DNA of 64,000 nucleotides from Candidatus Aminicenantes bacterium (GTDB lineage: Bacteria; Acidobacteriota; Aminicenantia; S016-38). The notes under the pieces were generated by a model. It had not been told where the DNA came from, made no database searches, and worked only from the letters and a program-made list of their open reading frames with translations. Below are positions 9,869 to 19,298 of this stretch, one piece after another; positions within the stretch are counted from its first letter, which is position 1, and every line of letters starts with the position of its first letter. Location: the NCBI GenBank assembly GCA_027068075.1, contig JAMOUJ010000006.1:346706-410705 (forward strand). Reading direction: 5' to 3'. A program made the translations under genes and the position numbers.

Positions 9869-11605
9869 TTAGTTTTGTTTCTCCCCTGTTTTTTCCTCCT
9901 CCAGAAAGAGATCCCGGAGTTCTCCGAAGGGCTTTCCACCGTAGCCGGCCTTGTTCAGAACATCTATGTAGTGGGTGATGTGGTCAATGACCCTTTCCGA
10001 AGGAGCGTATTTGAAGGTGACCCTCTTGAGGAACAACTCCGCTTCCTCGGGAACGATCCCCATTATTTCGTAACTCAACCTTGCCGCCTGTGACGGGTTT
10101 TTTACCACCCAGTCTATGGCTTTTTCCGCCTCCTCCAGGAAAATTCTGGAAACCTCCGGATACTCCCGCAGGACTTCCCCCTTGAAGAGAATCCCGGCGT
10201 TGGGAAGGTTTCCTTTGCCCGGGAAGAGTTTTTCCCACAGGTCCGCATATCTTATGGCCTCCTTCACCTGGCCCTTGCCCTCAAAGATGGCGAAACTGGC
10301 TTCCGGTTCCCTGAGAAGTCCCACCTCCGCCTCACCCTTCACCAGCATCTCCTTTATGTCCGCAGGCCTGCCGAAGGGATTGCCGAAGGCAAATTCAAAT
10401 TCCTCGGGGTCGTAGCCCAGGGCCTTCATCAGGAAGGTGGTTACCGCATAGGGAGGGGCTGCTTTAATCAGGGGCAGGTGGATGGGTTTTCCCCTGAGGT
10501 CTCCGAAATCCCTGGCTTCAAAGCCCCGGGTCAGGATGAAGAAATTGTCCCAGACCACCACCGCCTTCATCTTTATGTCCAGACCCTTCTGGTAGAGTTT
10601 AGCCACCGCCGCCACCGCGGAAAAACTTATGTCCGCCCGGCCGTTGATTATCCACCCCAGGTGTTTCTCCGTTTTATCCCATATCTTGAGTTCCTCTATT
10701 TTTATCAGGTCCATGAGCCGCTTTGACTGGAGAAGGCGCATGATGATCGGATAGACCACCGGGGTGGCGGACTGGATTACCAGGGGAACCCTTCCTGAAA
10801 GGGTTTTCTTTCTTTCCCTTTTGACTTCCTTTTTCTTGTAGAAGTAAACATGGTGCTCCAGGGGACCCCGCTTTTCTATGTGGACTTCAAAGCCCAGGGG
10901 TTCAATCATGTTTATCAGGGGAGTGGGGAGGAAGTATTGGATTATCCTGAAGCCCTCCCCGGGAGGGGTTTCGTTGGCCTTTTTAATGATGGCGGAAAAG
11001 GGGTCTTCCCTCCAGCCCCGAACATCCAGGACTTCAAACTCCTCCTTCCTCTCCAGCCAGTTTTTCTCCTCTCCTTCTTCTTTGGGGTTTACATAGAGGA
11101 TGTGGGTGTTGAAGGAAGGGTTTTCGTAGTGAAAGGAATAACCTTCCTCCTGGAGCATGTTTATCAGGGGAGCCGGGTAGAAGTCGTTGACCACCTTGAG
11201 AATCTGGTCCCTTTCCAGGGATCTGAGGCTCCTCAGAATCTCGGGGAAAAAGAAATCGTCCCTATCCCTGACATCCATCACCACTATTTGCTTGGCTTCC
11301 TTCACCCAATCGGGCTTTTCCCCTTCCGGGAGTGTTTTTCCCACCACCTCCCTGAGGCAGTCCGGGGCGTGTTTTGCCAGTTCCTCCTCCGTGCCTACTT
11401 CTCTGTTGAGACGGTGTAGAACCTCGCAGAGGGATAGTCCTCCTATTTTCGCCACATCGGCGAAGGTGGCCCATCGGGCCACCGCCTTGAAGATGAGGCT
11501 GTTGTTCAATTTTTTAAATTTTGGGGAAAGGGATATGAGAACCTCCTTCAATTGAGGATATTTCTCCAGGGCATCCTTTACCCTGGTGCTGGCAAGGATT
11601 ACCAT
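9869..11605 (-). CDS. DUF1858 + 2x DUF2249 + ABC-type substrate-binding (NMT1/TauA-like) fusion protein
   Basis: N-terminal DUF1858-like segment, two (L/M)DVR...P.PLINM repeats, C-terminal SBP-like region (LREPEAS, AIDWVVKNP..AA); no signal peptide. Confidence 0.6.
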   Translation of the reverse strand: MVILASTRVKDALEKYPQLKEVLISLSPKFKKLNNSLIFKAVARWATFADVAKIGGLSLCEVLHRLNREVGTEEELAKHAPDCLREVVGKTLPEGEKPDWVKEAKQIVVMDVRDRDDFFFPEILRSLRSLERDQILKVVNDFYPAPLINMLQEEGYSFHYENPSFNTHILYVNPKEEGEEKNWLERKEEFEVLDVRGWREDPFSAIIKKANETPPGEGFRIIQYFLPTPLINMIEPLGFEVHIEKRGPLEHHVYFYKKKEVKRERKKTLSGRVPLVIQSATPVVYPIIMRLLQSKRLMDLIKIEELKIWDKTEKHLGWIINGRADISFSAVAAVAKLYQKGLDIKMKAVVVWDNFFILTRGFEARDFGDLRGKPIHLPLIKAAPPYAVTTFLMKALGYDPEEFEFAFGNPFGRPADIKEMLVKGEAEVGLLREPEASFAIFEGKGQVKEAIRYADLWEKLFPGKGNLPNAGILFKGEVLREYPEVSRIFLEEAEKAIDWVVKNPSQAARLSYEIMGIVPEEAELFLKRVTFKYAPSERVIDHITHYIDVLNKAGYGGKPFGELRDLFLEEEKTGEKQN

Positions 11606-11615
11606 TTTTTACCTC

Positions 11616-12680
11616 CTAAATCTCCGGGACCAGGGGAAAGTTTCCCAGCCTTTCCGGTCCCCTTTCCGTTATTAAATAGGTGTCCTCTATCTTTACCGTG
11701 CCCAGTTCCAGGCTGCTCAGGGGGGCGTGGCCCACGCTGACCACCATGGAGGGTTTTACCGGTTTCATCCGGTCTCCGGGCACTATGGTGAGGATGGGGG
11801 TTTCCTCAAACCTGAGGCCCACGCCGTGGCCGAAGCCGTAGAGGTGAGCGGAAGAAAAACCCGCTTCGGCGTAAAGTCCAGCCACCTGCTCCTCCACCTT
11901 GTGGAAGGTCTTGTTGATCTGGACGAATTCCGAAAACCTTCTGTGGAGCGCTTCCATGGTCTTTAGGGCTTTTTCCCGGAGGGAGTCCCTCCGCAGAAGG
12001 AAGGTCCTGGCGAAATCGTAAAAATAACCGTTGTAAGAAGGCATGAGGTCCACAAGTACATAATCCTGGATTGGAACTGCCCTGGGCTTTGCGTGGACCC
12101 TGGGGGGACCGGAGTTTACATACACGAATACATCCTCGGCCCCGGCCTTCCTCATGGCGTATTCAGCCTCGGCGGCTATTTCCATCTCCAGGACCCCGGG
12201 CTTTATGGCCTTTGCGGCGGCCTCCATGCCCAGGGCCGCTATTTCCCCGGCCTTCTTTATGAGGTTCACCTCCTCGTCCTCCTTGAACATCCGCAATTCC
12301 ATGAGCAGAGGATGAACATCCACCACCCTTCTCTTAGCATGGATTTTCTCAAACATGCTGTAGAGAAGGGCGGAGGCGTCTATGTCCAGGTTGAAGCCTA
12401 TCACCGGATTGTCCACCTTCTTGTGGACCGAGTTTATGAGAACCTTCACATCCCTGTAGGGCAGGAAGTTCTCCATCCAGGTGTTCTTTTTCAGTTCCGG
12501 GATTTCTTCCTCAATGGCGAAGACCACCGGAGAGCCCTCCGCAGGGATTAAAAGGGCAGGGGGGTCCCAGTAGGTTCCGGTGAAATACCTGAAGGAATAC
12601 CGGTCCCGAAACATGGCCACATCAATGCCCTTTTTCTGTAAAAGTTGCTGAAATCTTTTAACTCTTCCTTCGTAGTCCAT
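11616..12680 (-). CDS. Xaa-Pro peptidase (M24 family)
   Basis: Creatinase-like N-terminus, VDL...GY.YDFARTF, GHGVGL..EE.P, KIEDT. Confidence 0.85.
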   Translation of the reverse strand: MDYEGRVKRFQQLLQKKGIDVAMFRDRYSFRYFTGTYWDPPALLIPAEGSPVVFAIEEEIPELKKNTWMENFLPYRDVKVLINSVHKKVDNPVIGFNLDIDASALLYSMFEKIHAKRRVVDVHPLLMELRMFKEDEEVNLIKKAGEIAALGMEAAAKAIKPGVLEMEIAAEAEYAMRKAGAEDVFVYVNSGPPRVHAKPRAVPIQDYVLVDLMPSYNGYFYDFARTFLLRRDSLREKALKTMEALHRRFSEFVQINKTFHKVEEQVAGLYAEAGFSSAHLYGFGHGVGLRFEETPILTIVPGDRMKPVKPSMVVSVGHAPLSSLELGTVKIEDTYLITERGPERLGNFPLVPEI

Positions 12681-12743
12681 CTTGTCCCTCCTTTAGAAGG
12701 GATATTATACCATATTCCTATCAAAATGGTAGGAATTAGGGTT

Positions 12744-12768
12744 AAAAAAAGGGGGGCCTTTGCCCCCC
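12744..12768 (-). terminator. Rho-independent terminator of the 12780-17400 operon
   Basis: GGGGGGC-loop-GCCCCCC hairpin (12751-12768) followed by T7 on the minus strand. Confidence 0.8.
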
Positions 12769-12779
12769 TGAAAATCAGA

Positions 12780-13394
12780 TCAGTCTCCCTTTACGAAGCC
12801 AATGGCGAAGAAAAGGGCCACCAAGAAGAGAAGAGGAGCCAGAATGGTCATAACCACATTTTGGGAGAAGAAAAGGAACTGTTTCCCGGCCTTGAGGAAA
12901 GCCAGGGCCATTCCTCCCAGGCTGATGGCTATTCCGCCGATGGCCACCCAGATAAAGGATTCCTTTACGGTCTTTTTGGCCACCTGAATTATGGGAACCA
13001 GAACTATGGTGATTCCTGCTATGGCGTGGAAGAGGGGATAAACCACCTTGTTCAGGGATGCCATATCCCCGAACCTTGCTAAGGCTATGAGAACGAGGCC
13101 CACCAGCATGAGCAGGAGATACCAGGTTCCGGATTTCCTGTAGAACCGGTAGATGAGCCCCGTGGCCAGGGAGAAGGGAATCAGGCTGGCCACCACAGCC
13201 ACCAGGTCGTTTCCGAGGAGTCCCCATCCTCCGAAGAGAAGAAGAACTCCGGAAATCAGTAGCACCAGGAAGGAAATGATGTAATACACATTGCAGGTGC
13301 AGGGATTGTCCTGTTGTTTCTTCCAGAAATGTCCGATAAGATAGAGGGCTATCAAGCCCGTTAAAAGAAGAAATAGACGATCCAGGATCGTCAT
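12780..13394 (-). CDS. Uncharacterised multi-TM membrane protein (paralog of 13437..14027)
   Basis: About 7 hydrophobic segments, AGGAGG SD, conserved FHAIAG. Confidence 0.75.
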   Translation of the reverse strand: MTILDRLFLLLTGLIALYLIGHFWKKQQDNPCTCNVYYIISFLVLLISGVLLLFGGWGLLGNDLVAVVASLIPFSLATGLIYRFYRKSGTWYLLLMLVGLVLIALARFGDMASLNKVVYPLFHAIAGITIVLVPIIQVAKKTVKESFIWVAIGGIAISLGGMALAFLKAGKQFLFFSQNVVMTILAPLLFLVALFFAIGFVKGD

Positions 13395-13436
13395 CCTTCA
13401 CCTCCTGTAAAAAATTTATTTATGGGTAGTCCCATG

Positions 13437-14027
13437 TCAAAGGTATCTGAGGCCAGCGGAAAACGCCAGGGACATGAAAAGCAGGATCCACGGCAGAAGG
13501 GAAAAGAGAAGTTTTTGTGGCAAGAAGGGCTTTCCCATCTGGGCGGTTCCCAGTAGCATCCCGCCCAGGCCTATTATTCCTGCACCGAGGCTTATGAAGA
13601 GAACGCCGGGGGAACTCCCCCTGGCCCAAAGCAGAATTGGGAGAAAGAACAGGGTAACTCCTGCAAGGCCGTGGAAGAATACGAGGACGAGGGTTCCCCA
13701 GGGTGATTTCCGCGTGAGAGCGATCAGCACCAGGCCGGATGTGGAGAAGATAAGGTAGGGAATGTGAAGGGATGGAAAGGAGGCGCATATGAGGCCCAGG
13801 GCCATGCCCAGGGGAATCAAGGCCGCCACCACTACCACCATGGGGTTGGAGAGGATGGAGTATCCGAAGATGATGAGAAGCAGACCTGCTATGATCAGTA
13901 CCCCGAAGGCCAAGGTGAAGTAGAATACGGACCATGAGGAAAACATGTTCATGCCCGCCACCACCTGATAGGAACTTACGAGAACCATAAGAAGGAGAAC
14001 CAGTTTTGACAGCACGGTGGTTTTCAT
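13437..14027 (-). CDS. Uncharacterised multi-TM membrane protein (paralog of 12780..13394)
   Basis: ATGA overlap with the cyoE stop; FHGLAG motif aligns with the paralog. Confidence 0.75.
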   Translation of the reverse strand: MKTTVLSKLVLLLMVLVSSYQVVAGMNMFSSWSVFYFTLAFGVLIIAGLLLIIFGYSILSNPMVVVVAALIPLGMALGLICASFPSLHIPYLIFSTSGLVLIALTRKSPWGTLVLVFFHGLAGVTLFFLPILLWARGSSPGVLFISLGAGIIGLGGMLLGTAQMGKPFLPQKLLFSLLPWILLFMSLAFSAGLRYL

Positions 14028-14881
14028 AGGACCGTCCCTGCCATGATTATGAGCATGGAGCCCAGCATGAAGAAGGAAGCGTACTTAAACAGACCGAGGT
14101 TGACCCTTTCCGATGGGTTTTTTATGCTGTAGATCGCCAGGCCCAGAAGACCCACCGAGAGGATTCCCAGAAGCCTTAGATATCCCCACGATAGGCCCAG
14201 GGCCAGGATTCCGATCCCCACGGCCAGGGCAGCCCCTATGCTGGAGAGGGCTATTATCCATCGGGTTGTTTTAAAGCCGTAAACCGAAGGAAATGTGGGG
14301 ATTCCGGCCCTGCGGTAGTCGTCGTAATACTTCATGGAGAAGGTGAGGATGTGGGTGGGAATCCACAGGAGAATGGATAGCCCCAGGAGGACCCCTATGA
14401 GGTCCACTCTGCCCGTTCCCAGGGCTCTTCCCGCCATGATGGGCATGGCTCCGGCTATTCCTCCCCATACGATGGACCACGGAGTTCTCCGCTTAAGCCA
14501 CAGGGAATATACCACCACATCAAAGAACAATCCTGCCGCCACCAGGAGACCGTAAAGGGGTGAGAGGTAAAGGGCCATAGCGATCCCCGAGGCCGATAGC
14601 AGGGCGGCAAAGGTTAAGGCCTGACGGGTGCTCAGTTTTCCCGAGGGAAGGGGGCGCTTTCTGGTTCTCCCCATGCTCAGGTCAATGTCGCTGTCTATTA
14701 CCATGTTAAAGGCCGTGCTTCCGCCTATGGCCAGGGCAAGGCTTACTACGAGTCCCGAAAAGGTGAAGAAGTTGAGGACTGGGCATTTAGCCGTGGCGAA
14801 TCCGGCTATCCCCGTCAGAAGGAGGAGTCCGCTCTGAAGCGGCTTCACCAGTTGCCAGTAGAGGTTTATCTTTCCCCTCAT
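14024..14881 (-). CDS. cyoE: Protoheme IX farnesyltransferase (heme O synthase)
   Basis: NMVIDSDIDLSMGRTRKRPLPSG, YSLWLKRRT, GG.AGAMP, W.PTH, DYRRAGIP. Confidence 0.9.
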   Translation of the reverse strand: MRGKINLYWQLVKPLQSGLLLLTGIAGFATAKCPVLNFFTFSGLVVSLALAIGGSTAFNMVIDSDIDLSMGRTRKRPLPSGKLSTRQALTFAALLSASGIAMALYLSPLYGLLVAAGLFFDVVVYSLWLKRRTPWSIVWGGIAGAMPIMAGRALGTGRVDLIGVLLGLSILLWIPTHILTFSMKYYDDYRRAGIPTFPSVYGFKTTRWIIALSSIGAALAVGIGILALGLSWGYLRLLGILSVGLLGLAIYSIKNPSERVNLGLFKYASFFMLGSMLIIMAGTVL

Positions 14882-14913
14882 TTTCCTTCTTTTATATTTT
14901 GGAACCTTCGGGG

Positions 14914-15891
14914 CTAATTTTCAACTTTCTGGGACTCTCCCTCCTGGTTCCCCTGGGTTTCGGGTTTGTGGTCCCTGACGCAGCGGAATCCCACATCTAT
15001 GTAGTAATTCCAGGGCAGAGAACTGTTGTAGGACCAGATCCTCAGGTAAACATCGTAGTTCATCCAACTTCCGCCCTTCATGAACCTATCGGACATTTTC
15101 TCGTGTTTATCGGCCACCCACTGCCATACATTTCCTGCCATGTCGTAAAGGCCGTAGGGGCTGCGGGCGTTGACGGTCTGGAAGCCTTCGTAACTCCTTC
15201 CGTTGAAGAATCCCACGGGGGTGGTTATTCCGTGCTTCACCCCCAGGATTTTCCGTATTTCCTTGTTGCTGAGGTCGTAGTTGGCGTGATGGGGGGTGAT
15301 TTCGTTGCCCCAGGGATAGGCTCTGAAATCTTCGGTGCCCCGGGCCGCCTTTTCCCATTCCGCCTCTGTGGGAAGCCTCCAGCCGTAGAATTCGCAGTAC
15401 CCCCTGGCGCCGAACCAGGTCACCATGGTGGCGGGATGGTTTTCAAATCCCTTGTCCACGGTGAAGGTTTTACCGTCAAATTTTATGCGGCTCCCGGGTC
15501 TTTCCAGGGCGTAGTAAAGATAATACCCGGGGCCTATTTTCCGTTCGTGTCTGAAGCCCGTGTACTCCTCGCCAGGATAGAATCCCTTGACATCGTTTCC
15601 CTCCACCTTTATCTTGCCTGCGGCCAGGGCTTCGTTTAGGTAGCGGGCGTATTGAAGGTTGGTGACATCGGTTACCATTATTTCGTAATCGTAATCAAGG
15701 TTCTTCAGGTGATTGAGGTTTTTGAACTGTCCCTGGAAGAAGGGACCTGCGGGCACCAGGGCCCAGGCATCGGAGGAGATTCCCGTATCTATGTATTTTA
15801 CCTCTTCGTGGGTCCACTTTTCCGGCTGATGTACGCATCCGTAGAAGGCCACCGTGGTTAAAAGGGTTATAAGCACCAGGACTTTTTTCAT
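14914..15891 (-). CDS. Formylglycine-generating-enzyme (SUMF1/NirV-like) domain lipoprotein
   Basis: Lipobox-like FYGC; RLPTEAEWEKAARG, YGLYDMAGNVWQW, GGSW, GFRC. Confidence 0.85.
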   Translation of the reverse strand: MKKVLVLITLLTTVAFYGCVHQPEKWTHEEVKYIDTGISSDAWALVPAGPFFQGQFKNLNHLKNLDYDYEIMVTDVTNLQYARYLNEALAAGKIKVEGNDVKGFYPGEEYTGFRHERKIGPGYYLYYALERPGSRIKFDGKTFTVDKGFENHPATMVTWFGARGYCEFYGWRLPTEAEWEKAARGTEDFRAYPWGNEITPHHANYDLSNKEIRKILGVKHGITTPVGFFNGRSYEGFQTVNARSPYGLYDMAGNVWQWVADKHEKMSDRFMKGGSWMNYDVYLRIWSYNSSLPWNYYIDVGFRCVRDHKPETQGNQEGESQKVEN

Positions 15892-15903
15892 CTTTAACCT
15901 CCT

Positions 15904-17400
15904 TTATGCAACTGGTCCAGTGGAGGTTTTTGCCACCTCCACTTCGGGGTTTTCCTTTTCCCTCTTCCATATTCCCTCGCCCTTGAAGAGGTCAAAGAGC
16001 CTCCAGAGAAGAAGCAGGGCGAGGATTACGAGGACCGCCGCCAGTCCCACATCCATGGCCAGGAAGATTTTGGAAACCAGGGGTTCCTGATAATAGGCGT
16101 TTACGAAGAGTCTCTTGAGGGAATAAATCGTGGCGCCGGCAAAGGCCACATCGGAACCGATGAGGAGAATCCAGCCAAACCACTGCCTTACCTTGCCCTT
16201 CAGGCCCACCATGTCAGCGTAATACATGAGGATTATGGTGGCGATGAGGGCGGCCAGAACATGCCAGTGCCCTGTCAGGGTAACCCTTTCCTCCCTCCAG
16301 GGCCAGACCCTGAAGATTTCGTCCAGTTTTATCGCCATGAATATTCCCACTCCGCTGACGGTGAAGTTCATGAAAACCATCTGCCAGAGGGCACCGAACT
16401 TCAGAGGATCGTGGAGCAGGGCCTTGAGCCCCCGGAAGAATCCCGCCTTCTCTATTCCCAGTTCGTTGAGCCTTTCACGGATAAGTTTTCTCCATCCGTA
16501 AATCACCAGCATGAGGGCTGCCAGCATGATGAAGGTGGAGCCCACATAGATTATCATGTGGGCTATGAGTTCAAAGGGAACCACCATCCACACGCCCAGG
16601 GTTATCACTATGGTGCCGAAGATCATCAGCGGCATGGCTATCTTGTGGTATATGCCCTTGAAGTCCAGCCACCTTCCCACGATGAGGGTGATGGCCACGG
16701 CTATGAGGGTGAGCATTATGTGAAGGTGTCCTATGATTCCCAACTGGAGGGGAGTTTTGTGGGCAAAGCGGACGGTGTTTTCCGCCAGGAAGGTTTCAAA
16801 GCCGTTTCCGAAGTAAGCGCCGGCCACGGCTCCGAAGAGGGAAGAACCCAGGGTGGCCACCACCATGGTGAAGAAGGCCGCCCGCTCAAGGTCCATACCG
16901 GATTTGGTGTGGGCGTATTCCGGGCTTGCCACCCGGTAGTTTTTGTTCCAGGGCCAGAGGGCTACCGCCAGAAGAAGGCCGGTGAAGAACATGAGGGAAA
17001 GTCCGAAGAGGAATAATCCGTGGAGTATCCAGTTCCTTCCGAAATAAGCAAAACCAAGGCCAAAAATCATGGAACTCAAATATCCCACCGTCACCGCAGC
17101 GTTGATGGTGAGTTTGTAAAATTTCTTCATGGGGATGATGGAGGTCATTAGATAGACCTCAATGGCGATGACGGCCATGGCGATGGTGTGGTAGAGCATT
17201 ATGATTCTACCTTCCCGGAAGAAGGGGTCAAGTTTCATGCCGAGAAGCCTTACTGTTATGTCCTTTACACCCCATTCCACCATGGGGCCGGATAGAGTTC
17301 CCCAGATGGCGGTTACCAGGGAAATAAGGGATATGGCCACCAGGACGAGGCCCTTGGTGGAAGAGAAAAGATATTCCAGCCTCTCCTTGAGAAACTTCAT
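15904..17400 (-). CDS. 12-TM His-rich membrane protein, candidate divergent heme-copper oxidase subunit I fold
   Basis: 12 hydrophobic segments; His71 (TM2), GHLH (H225/H227, TM6), GHWH (H378/H380, TM10); AGGAGG SD. ORF is solid, function is inferred. Confidence 0.5.
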   Translation of the reverse strand: MKFLKERLEYLFSSTKGLVLVAISLISLVTAIWGTLSGPMVEWGVKDITVRLLGMKLDPFFREGRIIMLYHTIAMAVIAIEVYLMTSIIPMKKFYKLTINAAVTVGYLSSMIFGLGFAYFGRNWILHGLFLFGLSLMFFTGLLLAVALWPWNKNYRVASPEYAHTKSGMDLERAAFFTMVVATLGSSLFGAVAGAYFGNGFETFLAENTVRFAHKTPLQLGIIGHLHIMLTLIAVAITLIVGRWLDFKGIYHKIAMPLMIFGTIVITLGVWMVVPFELIAHMIIYVGSTFIMLAALMLVIYGWRKLIRERLNELGIEKAGFFRGLKALLHDPLKFGALWQMVFMNFTVSGVGIFMAIKLDEIFRVWPWREERVTLTGHWHVLAALIATIILMYYADMVGLKGKVRQWFGWILLIGSDVAFAGATIYSLKRLFVNAYYQEPLVSKIFLAMDVGLAAVLVILALLLLWRLFDLFKGEGIWKREKENPEVEVAKTSTGPVA

Positions 17401-17464
17401 TTTATCCTCCTGGTTGTTTTTACAAAATTATTCTAAACAAAAATGGAGGAAAATTAAAGTATTT

Positions 17465-18568
17465 TTACGAGGCTATTACGATTCTATCTCCCCCCTCCCT
17501 CTTTCCCTTGTAGAGGGCTTCGTCGGCCTTTTCCAGGAGGGCTTCCAGGTCAATGTATTCCCTCTGGAAGTTCACCTGAACTATCCCGGCGCTCAGGGAA
17601 ATGTTCAGGTCTGGAGAGTACATCTCCGAGATCTCCTTCACCTTTTCCCTGAGCCTTTCGGCTACACTTCTGGCGCCCTGGGCATCCGCATGGGGAAGGA
17701 TTACCAGAAACTCGTCGCCTCCCCACCTTCCGATGATGTCCCCTTCCCTTAGGAGTTTGCTCCATTCCCTGGAGATTTGCTGAAGTACCCTGTCCCCGAA
17801 GGCGTGGCCAAAATTATCGTTGGCCTTTTTGAAGTTGTCCAGGTCTATCAGGATTATGGAAAGGTGGGCCTGGTTCCTGGAGAAAACCTTGATGAGGAAG
17901 TTCAACCTGTCCATGAGTTCCCTTCGGTTGTAAAGCCCTGTGAGGGGATCCCTCCGCGAAAGTTCTTCCAGTCTGACGGTGTATTCCTTGAGTTTTTCGT
18001 GGGCCACCTCAAATTTTTCCATGTAGAAGAGGGCCACGATGATGACGACCAAGAGGGAGAGGATGAAACCCCAGAAGTGGTTGTAAAAAACGCATTGGGA
18101 GGATGGACAGTGCGTTATGGCCCTGGGGTTAAGCCTTTCTATCATGACCAGGAAGGAAACCACCACCACTTCACCGATCAGGAAGAAGGCCCTCCACTTT
18201 CCGGTGAATACGATGGCGGTGAGGATGCCGAAGATTATTAGAAAATAAGGGAAACCCCCAGTCATCCCTCCGTCCCTGAGCCAGAACAGGGGAGTGTAGC
18301 CGAAGAGGGCTACCCCGTAGGCCATTACTGCAGGGAAGTAAAATTTTCTGTATTTCAGGGAGATTATGTATAAAATAAGGTAAATTACGGCTCCCACCAG
18401 GCCTATCATAACCACGAATCTGCTCTTTCCCAGGGCGATGTTTATGATTACCGAGAGGATAAAGAGGATGATCATAAACAGGAGAATGGAATTTAACACC
18501 CTGTGCCTTACGCTGAACTCCCGGGGGGAGCCCAATAAGAATTCTTCCAATCTCTTCAAATATCCCAT
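17465..18568 (-). CDS. Membrane-bound diguanylate cyclase
   Basis: DPLTGLYNRR, DLDNFK, RxxD I-site (REGD), GGDEF. Confidence 0.92.
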   Translation of the reverse strand: MGYLKRLEEFLLGSPREFSVRHRVLNSILLFMIILFILSVIINIALGKSRFVVMIGLVGAVIYLILYIISLKYRKFYFPAVMAYGVALFGYTPLFWLRDGGMTGGFPYFLIIFGILTAIVFTGKWRAFFLIGEVVVVSFLVMIERLNPRAITHCPSSQCVFYNHFWGFILSLLVVIIVALFYMEKFEVAHEKLKEYTVRLEELSRRDPLTGLYNRRELMDRLNFLIKVFSRNQAHLSIILIDLDNFKKANDNFGHAFGDRVLQQISREWSKLLREGDIIGRWGGDEFLVILPHADAQGARSVAERLREKVKEISEMYSPDLNISLSAGIVQVNFQREYIDLEALLEKADEALYKGKREGGDRIVIAS

Positions 18569-18656
18569 TTCCCCTGTTTATTTTTCATCCATTATTCATT
18601 TAACAATTATAATCAAAATTTAATGCTACCTCAAGGGAAATGCTAAAATATCCCCT

Positions 18657-19289
18657 ATGGATTGGTTGCTCAGTGAATACAGGGAAAAGAGGAGGGCCAT
18701 TGAAGGAAGACTGAGGGAATTTAGAGATGTATGGAGACGGAGGGAACCCCGGGAGGTCTTCCGGGAATTCGTCTTCTGCCTTCTTACCCCACAGTCCAGG
18801 GCAAGGGTCTGCTGGGAGGCTGTGGAGAGGATGGATAGGAGCGGAGCCCTCTGGGAGGGTAGCCCGGAAGAGGTAGCCCGGGACCTGCATGGCGTGAGGT
18901 TCAAAAACCACAAGGCCCGATACATAGTGGAGGCCAGGGAAAGGTTCTGGAAGGATGGGGAGTTCTCCCTGGTGAGAGTTCTGGGGGAGATGTCCCCGCA
19001 GGAAGCCCGGGATTACCTGGTCCGCAATGTCAGAGGAATGGGCATGAAGGAGGCAAGTCACTTCCTCCGAAACATCGGACTGGGGGAAAATCTGGCCATA
19101 TTGGACCGCCACATCCTGAAGAACCTCCTTCGCCTGGGGGTGATAGACGAACTCCCCCGAAGCCTGGGCAGGAAGACCTATCTGGAGATAGAAGAGAGGA
19201 TGAGGAAGTTTTCCCGAAAGTCTGGAATTCCCCTGTCCCACCTGGACCTTTTGTTCTGGGCCAGAGAGGCCGGGGAAATTTTCAAGTAA
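18657..19289 (+). CDS. ogg: 8-oxoguanine N-glycosylase/AP lyase (thermophile-type Ogg)
   Basis: FCLLTPQS, RF...KA, G.GMKEASHFLRN.G, ILDRH. Confidence 0.88.
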   Translation: MDWLLSEYREKRRAIEGRLREFRDVWRRREPREVFREFVFCLLTPQSRARVCWEAVERMDRSGALWEGSPEEVARDLHGVRFKNHKARYIVEARERFWKDGEFSLVRVLGEMSPQEARDYLVRNVRGMGMKEASHFLRNIGLGENLAILDRHILKNLLRLGVIDELPRSLGRKTYLEIEERMRKFSRKSGIPLSHLDLLFWAREAGEIFK

Positions 19290-19298
19290 GGAGGATCC

